Shown here: piece by piece, positions 57,996 through 64,000 of the stretch
How the letters are laid out: the number at the start of each line of letters is the position of its first letter
Position numbering within the stretch: the stretch's first letter is position 1
NCBI GenBank assembly: GCA_965220745.1
Contig: CBDCQT010000012.1
Location: 320,001-384,000 of the forward strand
DNA length: 64,000 nucleotides
Reading direction: 5' to 3'
Source: Alphaproteobacteria bacterium
Lineage (GTDB): Bacteria > Pseudomonadota > Alphaproteobacteria > UBA828
Notes under the pieces: model-generated
Seen by the model: the letters and a program-made list of their open reading frames with translations, nothing else
Databases searched by the model: none
What the model was told of the DNA's origin: nothing
Program-made: the position numbers and the translations under genes

Positions 57996-58185
57996 CGCTT
58001 CCCTCCTCGCGGCAACCGCCGCAGCGGACCTTACACGCGGCGCGAAACCAAGCCAAGAATACGAAATTCGTGGATTCACAGGCTCGCATTGACGGTTTTC
58101 CAGGCCATAGCTAGACTGCCGTGAGGATTTCGGTGGACTTGGACCTTCTGGGAGCCGGAATCCGCTGACCGCACGAGAGGTTGGC

Positions 58186-58839
58186 ATGAGCGCCTCGAAA
58201 CCATCCTCGCAGGCGAAGGGGAACAGCCGTGAGCCTCGGCTTCGTGCGCTGGCGGAGGGCGAGCCCGCGCCGGTCATGGGGCTGCGCCAGGTCGGGATGG
58301 CGGACCTGCAGGGCGATGCGGTCGCCCCTGCCTCGATCCCCCATATCGAGGGGCTCAACCGGGAGATCGTCGCCCTGCTGCAGGAGGACGGCCGGGTGCC
58401 CTTCTCCAGCATCGCGCGCACGCTGGGCGTCTCGGAAGGGACCGTGCGCTCCCGTGTCGGCCAGATGCACAAGGCCAACCTGATCCACTTCATCACGGTG
58501 GTGAACCCGCTGGCGCTGGGCTACACGGCCTGGTCGATGCTCGGCATCAAGGTCGCCCGCGGCGCCAGCGCCCATGAGGTGGCATCCCACTTCCGCGATC
58601 GGCCGGAGGTCGTCTACGTCATGCGTGTCGCCGCGCGCTACGACCTGCTGGCCGAGGTGGTGTGCGGCTCGCCCGACGAGCTGCGCGAATTCCTCGATGA
58701 CCATTGCTACGGCTCGGACGACATCGCCCAGGTCGAGCCGATGATGGGGCTGGGCCTCTACAAGAGCCTGTTCAAGTGGGACAAGCCGCTCGGCGCCGGC
58801 GATGGCCGCGGCAAGGCGGCCGGGCGCAGCAGCCGGTAG
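58186..58839 (+). CDS. Lrp/AsnC family regulator
   Basis: LLQEDGRVPFSSIARTLGVSEGTVRSR, RYDLL; start uncertain; divergent from the 49-58 kb operon. Confidence 0.88.
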   Translation: MSASKPSSQAKGNSREPRLRALAEGEPAPVMGLRQVGMADLQGDAVAPASIPHIEGLNREIVALLQEDGRVPFSSIARTLGVSEGTVRSRVGQMHKANLIHFITVVNPLALGYTAWSMLGIKVARGASAHEVASHFRDRPEVVYVMRVAARYDLLAEVVCGSPDELREFLDDHCYGSDDIAQVEPMMGLGLYKSLFKWDKPLGAGDGRGKAAGRSSR

Positions 58840-58875
58840 CGGCCAACGAACAAGAAGAAGGGGAGACGAACCGCC

Positions 58876-60111
58876 GTGAGCAAGCGCCGCATCATGCCCG
58901 CCGGACACTGGGACTGGAGCATGCCGGTCACGCTCTCCCAGGGCTGGCGGCTGGGCGACCTGGTCGTGGTCGGCGGCCAGATCTCGGCGGACGCAAAGGG
59001 CCGCACGGTCGGTGGCGACATCGAGACCCAGACCCGCAACATCATGGAGTTCATCGGCCGCGTGTTGCACGAGTCGGGCGCCGACTTCGGCGATGTGGTG
59101 AAGCAGAACGTCTACTACGTGGTCGATGACGAGAGCCCGCCGGCGGACGAGATCGTGCGGCGCATCGACGCGGTGCAGGCCGAGTATTTCGCGGCGCCGG
59201 GCCCGGTCACGACCGAGACGCCGGTCTCGGGCCTCGCCTACGAGGGGCTGCTGCTGGAGATCGACGCCTTTGCCGTGGTGGGCGGGGACAAGCGCCCGCT
59301 CACGCCCGAGGGCCACTGGTCGCGCGGCAACGGCATCGCCTGCGTCCAGGGCTGGCAGGCGGGCGACTGGGTCTTCGTCGGCGGCCAGCGCTCGCTCAAC
59401 GGGGACGGCTCGCTCAGGGATGCCGGCGACATCGCAGCCCAGACCCGCAATTGCTTCAACGGCATGGCGGGCGTCCTCGCCGAGGCCGGCGCCTCCATGA
59501 ACGACCTCTTGCGCCTCAACACCTACTACCGGCAAGAGACCACCGGCGACGACGTGACCGCGTTCTGGGAGGCGCTGACCCGGGTGCGCATGGAGCACCT
59601 ACCCAATCCGGGGCCCGCCGGCACGGGGCTCAGGGTCAAGGATTTCTCCCATCCGGGCGAGCTGATTCAGATCGAGGGCGTCGCCCATCTCGGCCGGGAG
59701 CGCCGGCGCATCATGCCGGCGGGCCACTGGGACTGGAGCATGCCGGTGCCGTTCTCCCAGGGCTGGCGGGTCGGCAACGTCGTGTTCGCGGGCGGCCAGA
59801 TCTCGGCGGACCAGAAGGGGCGGACGGTCGGCCCCGGCGACATCGCCCGGCAGACCGAGAACGTGTTCGAGAGCCTGATCGCGGTGCTCGAGGAGGCCGG
59901 TGCCGAGATGAGCGATGTGGTCAAGCTCAATACCTATTACCAGTACGACGACGGCGGCGCTTCGCCCACCGCGTACTGGGAGAAGATGACCGAGGTGCGG
60001 CGGCGCTACTTCCCACCGCTCGGGCCGGCGGCGACCGCGGTCCGCGTGGACGGCTACGCCTTCGAGGACCTGCTGATCGAGATCGAGGCGATTGCCGTGG
60101 TGGACGAATGA
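58876..60111 (+). CDS. Triple-domain Rid (YjgF/YER057c/UK114) protein
   Basis: Three repeats, each with QGW..G..V..GGQ and (L/I)(E/Q)I(D/E)(A/G); repeats 1 and 3 share RRIMPAGHWDWSMPV. Confidence 0.85.
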   Translation: MSKRRIMPAGHWDWSMPVTLSQGWRLGDLVVVGGQISADAKGRTVGGDIETQTRNIMEFIGRVLHESGADFGDVVKQNVYYVVDDESPPADEIVRRIDAVQAEYFAAPGPVTTETPVSGLAYEGLLLEIDAFAVVGGDKRPLTPEGHWSRGNGIACVQGWQAGDWVFVGGQRSLNGDGSLRDAGDIAAQTRNCFNGMAGVLAEAGASMNDLLRLNTYYRQETTGDDVTAFWEALTRVRMEHLPNPGPAGTGLRVKDFSHPGELIQIEGVAHLGRERRRIMPAGHWDWSMPVPFSQGWRVGNVVFAGGQISADQKGRTVGPGDIARQTENVFESLIAVLEEAGAEMSDVVKLNTYYQYDDGGASPTAYWEKMTEVRRRYFPPLGPAATAVRVDGYAFEDLLIEIEAIAVVDE

Positions 60112-60160
60112 TGCGGACGGGTCCTTCCGCCTACAACCGCCGGCCTCCGGGGTGACATGA

Positions 60161-61042
60161 ATGGCCCAGGGACAAGCCGGGGGCACGCCGCCGTCCGATG
60201 CAGATTCGCATCCGGGCGACGCCGCACCCGCGCCGGTCTTCAGGCCGCCCCGCCAACCCTTCCTGGAGGTGCTCGGCTCGCTCACCCAGCGCCGCACTGT
60301 CGTGCTGGGTGTCGCGGGCGTCATCATCTTCTTCGCCGTCTGGGAGGTCGCCCACTACACCACGCCGGAGGAGAAGCAGCGCTTCCTGCCTGCCGTCGAG
60401 CAGGTGGTGGCCGAGATCGCCTATCTCTTCGCCGAGAAGAACTTCATCGCCGATGTCGGCACCAGCCTCTACCGCATCTATGCGAGCTTCTTCGTCGCCA
60501 GCCTGATCGCGGTACCGCTCGGCGTCTTCATGGGCTGCTTCGTCAAGGCGCGCGCGCTCATCAGCCCCACCACCGGGGGCTGGCGCTATCTGCCGGCGGC
60601 CTCCTTCGCGCCGCTCCTGCTGGTGTGGTTCGGGCCCACCGACTTCGCCAAGATGGCGCTGCTCTTCCTCGGCTGCTTCTTCTTTCTCGTCGCCCTGATC
60701 CTCGACAACACGCTCGCGGTCCAGCGCGAGCTGATCGAATCCGGCCTCACCATGGGGGCCAAGCGGCGGCAGGTGGTGGGCATCACCTTCCGCGCCGCGG
60801 CGCCCGCCATCCTCGATTCCATGCGCAACATGATCGCGGTCGCCTGGACCTACCTGGTGATCGCCGAGATCATCGTGGCGACCGACGGCATCGGCGCGGT
60901 GATGATGCGGGCCGTGCGCTTCCTCCACGTCGACATCATGATGGGCGGTATCCTCACCATCGGCGTGCTCGGCGTGCTGACCGACATCACGTTCCGCATC
61001 GCCAGCCGCATTCTCTTCCCGTACCTCCGGGTCAGGCGCTAG
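60161..61042 (+). CDS. NitT/TauT-family ABC permease
   Basis: SLYRI, WFG, AWTYLVIAE. Confidence 0.88.
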   Translation: MAQGQAGGTPPSDADSHPGDAAPAPVFRPPRQPFLEVLGSLTQRRTVVLGVAGVIIFFAVWEVAHYTTPEEKQRFLPAVEQVVAEIAYLFAEKNFIADVGTSLYRIYASFFVASLIAVPLGVFMGCFVKARALISPTTGGWRYLPAASFAPLLLVWFGPTDFAKMALLFLGCFFFLVALILDNTLAVQRELIESGLTMGAKRRQVVGITFRAAAPAILDSMRNMIAVAWTYLVIAEIIVATDGIGAVMMRAVRFLHVDIMMGGILTIGVLGVLTDITFRIASRILFPYLRVRR

Positions 61043-61053
61043 GAGGCGGCGGG

Positions 61054-61899
61054 ATGGCGGTCTTCGGCTTGGGGAGAACGGCGGCGGCGCAGGCGGGAGC
61101 GAATGCCCCGGTGCCGGGCACGCCCCCACTGCGCGCCAACCGGGTCACCAAGAGCTACCTCAAGGGCAGCGTGATCGCCCTCGACGATGTTTCCTTCGAT
61201 GTCCATGCCAATCAGGTCACGGCGATGATCGGCCCGTCGGGCTGCGGCAAGACGACGATGCTCAGGCTGATGGCGGGGCTCGAATACCCCTCGCGCGGGG
61301 ACGTGACCATGTTCGGTCAGCCGATCATGGGGCCGGGACCGGAGCGCGGCATGGTGTTCCAGGCTTACACCTCCTTCCCCTGGCTCACCACGCGGGCCAA
61401 CATCGAGTATGGGCTGAAGCTCCAGGGGCTCTCGAAGGCGGAGCGGCGCGAACGCGCCGAGCACTTCCTCGAGCTGGTGCATCTGGAAGGGTTCGCCAAT
61501 GCCTATCCGGCCGAGCTTTCCGGCGGCATGAAGCAGCGCGTCTCCATCGCGCGCACGCTGGCGCAAAATCCGGCGCTGCTGCTGCTGGACGAGCCCTTCG
61601 GTGCGCTCGACGCCCAGGTCACCTGGGAAATGGAGGAGATGATCATCGAGATCATCGAGCGCGAGAACAAGACCGTGGTGGTGGTCACCCACGACATCCA
61701 GGAGGCGATCTACCTCGCCGACCGGATCATCTTCTACACACGGCAACCGGGGCGGATCAAAGCCGACCTCCCGATGGCGTTCAAGGAAGGCCGCCGCTTT
61801 CAGAAGAAGGAGGAGATGCTCGTGCATCCGGGCTACGTGGACATGGAGCGGCAGCTTTACGCGATGATGCGCGAGGAGATACGGGGACGGGTCAGCTAG
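61054..61899 (+). CDS. NitT/TauT-family ABC ATPase
   Basis: GPSGCGKT, FPWLT, LSGGMKQR, DEPFGALD. Confidence 0.9.
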   Translation: MAVFGLGRTAAAQAGANAPVPGTPPLRANRVTKSYLKGSVIALDDVSFDVHANQVTAMIGPSGCGKTTMLRLMAGLEYPSRGDVTMFGQPIMGPGPERGMVFQAYTSFPWLTTRANIEYGLKLQGLSKAERRERAEHFLELVHLEGFANAYPAELSGGMKQRVSIARTLAQNPALLLLDEPFGALDAQVTWEMEEMIIEIIERENKTVVVVTHDIQEAIYLADRIIFYTRQPGRIKADLPMAFKEGRRFQKKEEMLVHPGYVDMERQLYAMMREEIRGRVS

Positions 61900-61942
61900 G
61901 GCCCGCCTCGACGGTCAACCGCAAGGAAAGGGAGAAACCAAC

Positions 61943-62983
61943 ATGCTGTGGCGAACATCCATCATGACACTGGCGGCCGGCGCACTTGCGCTCGGCATCG
62001 TCGGTGCCGCGAGCGCGAAGGACACCGTCCGGGTCGCGCACTTCAGCTGGCCGGGCTACGGCTTCCTCCATATCGCCAAGGCGAAGGGAATGCTGCCCGA
62101 GAACGTGGACCTCGAGATTTCGATCATCGAGGACCCGGTGCAAAGCATGGGCCTGCTCGCGAGCGGCCAGCTCGACATCGTGACCAGCACCATCGAGTTC
62201 GGCCCGATTGCGCTGGCCGAGGACATGCCGGTGAAGCTGCTCGGCCTCACCAATCTCGGCAACGGCTCGGACCGCATCATCGTTGGCCCGAACATCAAGT
62301 CGCCCGAAGACCTGAAGGGGAAGCAGGTCGGCGTGATCGAGGGCGGGCTGTCGCAGATCTACATGGCGATCTGGCTGGAGCAGCAGGGCATCAAGTGGGA
62401 CGAGGTGGAGATGGTGAACCTCTTCCCGGATGCCGCCGCCTCCGCGATGATCGCCGGCCAGCTCGATGCTGCCGAGCTCTGGGACCCCTACGGCCCGCAG
62501 GTGCTGGAAGAGCTCGCAGGCTCGCGCGAGATGAGCCATTCCGGCGAGGAATACTGGCTCAAGGAAGGCCTGATCGCCGACGCGATCTTCGTCTCCGACG
62601 CGTTCATCGCGGAGAACCGCGACCTGCTGGTGGCGCTGATCAAGTCCCGCTACGAGGCGGTCGAGTGGTGGCGCCAGAACCCCACCGAGGGCAACGAAAT
62701 GATCGCCGGGATCCTGCAGTGGGGCGTGCCGGACGTGGAGCCGATCCTCGGCGGCGTGAACAACCCCGACGACGGCACACTCTACATGTATAGTCTGGAG
62801 GAATCGGCGCAGTTCTGCGGCGTTGCCGAGGGCGAGCCGCCCTTCGGCCAGCGCAATGGCCAGCTGACCGACCACTGGGAGCTCACCAACAAGTGGTGGT
62901 TGACCTTTGGCCTGATGACCGAGACGGTCGCTCCGGCGGAGGGGATCGATTGCTCGATCCTCAAGGACGCGCTCGGCGGGTAA
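61943..62983 (+). CDS. NMT1/SsuA-type ABC substrate-binding protein
   Basis: Signal peptide, SWPGY, DLKGKQVG, WDP. Confidence 0.88.
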   Translation: MLWRTSIMTLAAGALALGIVGAASAKDTVRVAHFSWPGYGFLHIAKAKGMLPENVDLEISIIEDPVQSMGLLASGQLDIVTSTIEFGPIALAEDMPVKLLGLTNLGNGSDRIIVGPNIKSPEDLKGKQVGVIEGGLSQIYMAIWLEQQGIKWDEVEMVNLFPDAAASAMIAGQLDAAELWDPYGPQVLEELAGSREMSHSGEEYWLKEGLIADAIFVSDAFIAENRDLLVALIKSRYEAVEWWRQNPTEGNEMIAGILQWGVPDVEPILGGVNNPDDGTLYMYSLEESAQFCGVAEGEPPFGQRNGQLTDHWELTNKWWLTFGLMTETVAPAEGIDCSILKDALGG

Positions 62984-62990
62984 GGTTGGG

Positions 62991-63023
62991 ATGCGGGCGG
63001 CGCCGCAGGCGCGCCGCCCGTAT
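62991..63023 (+). terminator. GC hairpin after the binding-protein gene (mRNA stabiliser or attenuator)
   Basis: CGGGCGGCGC-N7-GCGCCGCCCG; no U-tract. Confidence 0.4.
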
Positions 63024-63052
63024 CGCCCGGTACGGACCAGGGAGACGATCGA

Positions 63053-64000
63053 ATGGCGCTGCTTGAGATGCACGAATGGTACGACCTCGCGCGGGATACC
63101 AACTGGACTCCCGGCTACGTCGCCGAGGAGGAGATCTTCCCGCCCGAACTCAGCGATCCCTTTGGGATTTCGGTCGAGCAGTGGGAGACCTTCGACGAGC
63201 CCTACAAGGTCTGCTACCGGGACTACGTCGAGACCCAGCGCGACAAGGACATCGGCGCCTATTCAGTGAAGTCGGCGCTGGCGCGCGCGGACTTCTTCAA
63301 GAAGGCCACACCGCACTGGAAGGCGCTGCTCGCGCTGCACTTCAGCCCGATCGGCTTTGCCGAGTTCCACTCGGCGTCGGCCTTTGCGCGCATGACCCGG
63401 TTCAGCCGTGCGCCGGGGATGCGCAACATGGCGACCTTCGGCACGCTGGACGAAATGCGCCACGGCCAGATCCAGATGTATTTCGCCTACGAGTTCATCA
63501 AGCAGGACCGCGTCTTCGACTGGGCGCACAAGTCGTCCAAGACCGAGAACTGGATCATCATCAGCCTGCGTCACGCGCTGGACGACATCGAGCACACGCG
63601 CGACGCGATCAGCGCTGCGATCATGACCAACTTTGCCTTCGAGCAGGGCTTCACCAACCTGCAGTTCATCGGCCTCTCGGCGGATGCGGCAAAAGCCGGC
63701 GATCACACCTTCGCCACCATGCTGCAGAGCATTCAGACCGATGAGGCGCGGCATGCGCAGATCGGCACGCCGCTCATCAGCATCATGATCGAGAACGGGC
63801 GCAAGGCGGAGGCGCAGCGGCTGGTCGATATCGGCTTCTGGCGCATCTGGAAGCAGTTCTCCGCGCTCAGCGGCATCTCCATGGACTACTACACGCCGCT
63901 GGAGTTCCGCGAGCACTCGCTCAAGGAGTTCATGCACGAGTGGGTGGTCGATCAGTTCGCCCGCAACATGAAGGCGATCGGTCTCGATCTGCCCTGGTAC
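63053..64000 (+). CDS. Soluble diiron monooxygenase hydroxylase alpha subunit, TmoA/TouA/IsoA group (3'-truncated; absent from the ORF track)
   Basis: Hand translation MALLEMHEWYDLARDTNWTPGYV...DEPYK...DEMRHGQ...FEQGFTN...TDEARH with two DExRH motifs; GGGAG RBS. Confidence 0.92.
   Translation, partial: MALLEMHEWYDLARDTNWTPGYVAEEEIFPPELSDPFGISVEQWETFDEPYKVCYRDYVETQRDKDIGAYSVKSALARADFFKKATPHWKALLALHFSPIGFAEFHSASAFARMTRFSRAPGMRNMATFGTLDEMRHGQIQMYFAYEFIKQDRVFDWAHKSSKTENWIIISLRHALDDIEHTRDAISAAIMTNFAFEQGFTNLQFIGLSADAAKAGDHTFATMLQSIQTDEARHAQIGTPLISIMIENGRKAEAQRLVDIGFWRIWKQFSALSGISMDYYTPLEFREHSLKEFMHEWVVDQFARNMKAIGLDLPWY

Overview
High-GC alphaproteobacterial chromosome segment, judged from RpoD with an acidic insertion, Irr with an ICE site, and Ccr. 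It opens with the dnaG 3' end and rpoD, and the rest is mostly catabolic genes. (i) 4.9-18 kb: amidase, frameshifted aldehyde dehydrogenase, fold-IV aminotransferase, hydantoinase/oxoprolinase A+B and a Liv-type ABC transporter. (ii) 18-33 kb, mixed: DMSO-reductase-family Mo enzyme, TbpB-like lipoprotein, irr-rubrerythrin, 2OG oxygenase plus serine hydrolase, an orphan CoxL-like subunit, ilvA, an orphan Mu-like DUF3486 gene, a NicX-like metalloenzyme and a ThDP enzyme. (iii) 33-47 kb: a co-directional run of HyuA/B, SDR, a three-subunit Mo hydroxylase, IclR, a pyruvoyl histidine decarboxylase and a polyamine ABC transporter. (iv) Two tandem CTAG-bounded MITE/RIME-like elements, then ccr. (v) 49-58 kb: an operon of overlapping genes for a phenylphosphate-synthase-like pair, a four-component Mo hydroxylase and an HD protein, preceded by a NodB-type deacylase. 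(vi) Divergent from it: Lrp, a triple-Rid protein, an ABC transporter and a toluene-monooxygenase-type diiron hydroxylase alpha subunit cut by the window end. The best candidates for novelty are a phosphorylate-hydroxylate-dephosphorylate module for hydroxy-N-heterocycles linked to a polar-pocket diiron monooxygenase, a possible histidine/histamine imidazole-ring pathway, and a twice-occurring Mu-like promoter motif. All family calls come from motif recognition by eye and recalled reference sequences; no searches were run.
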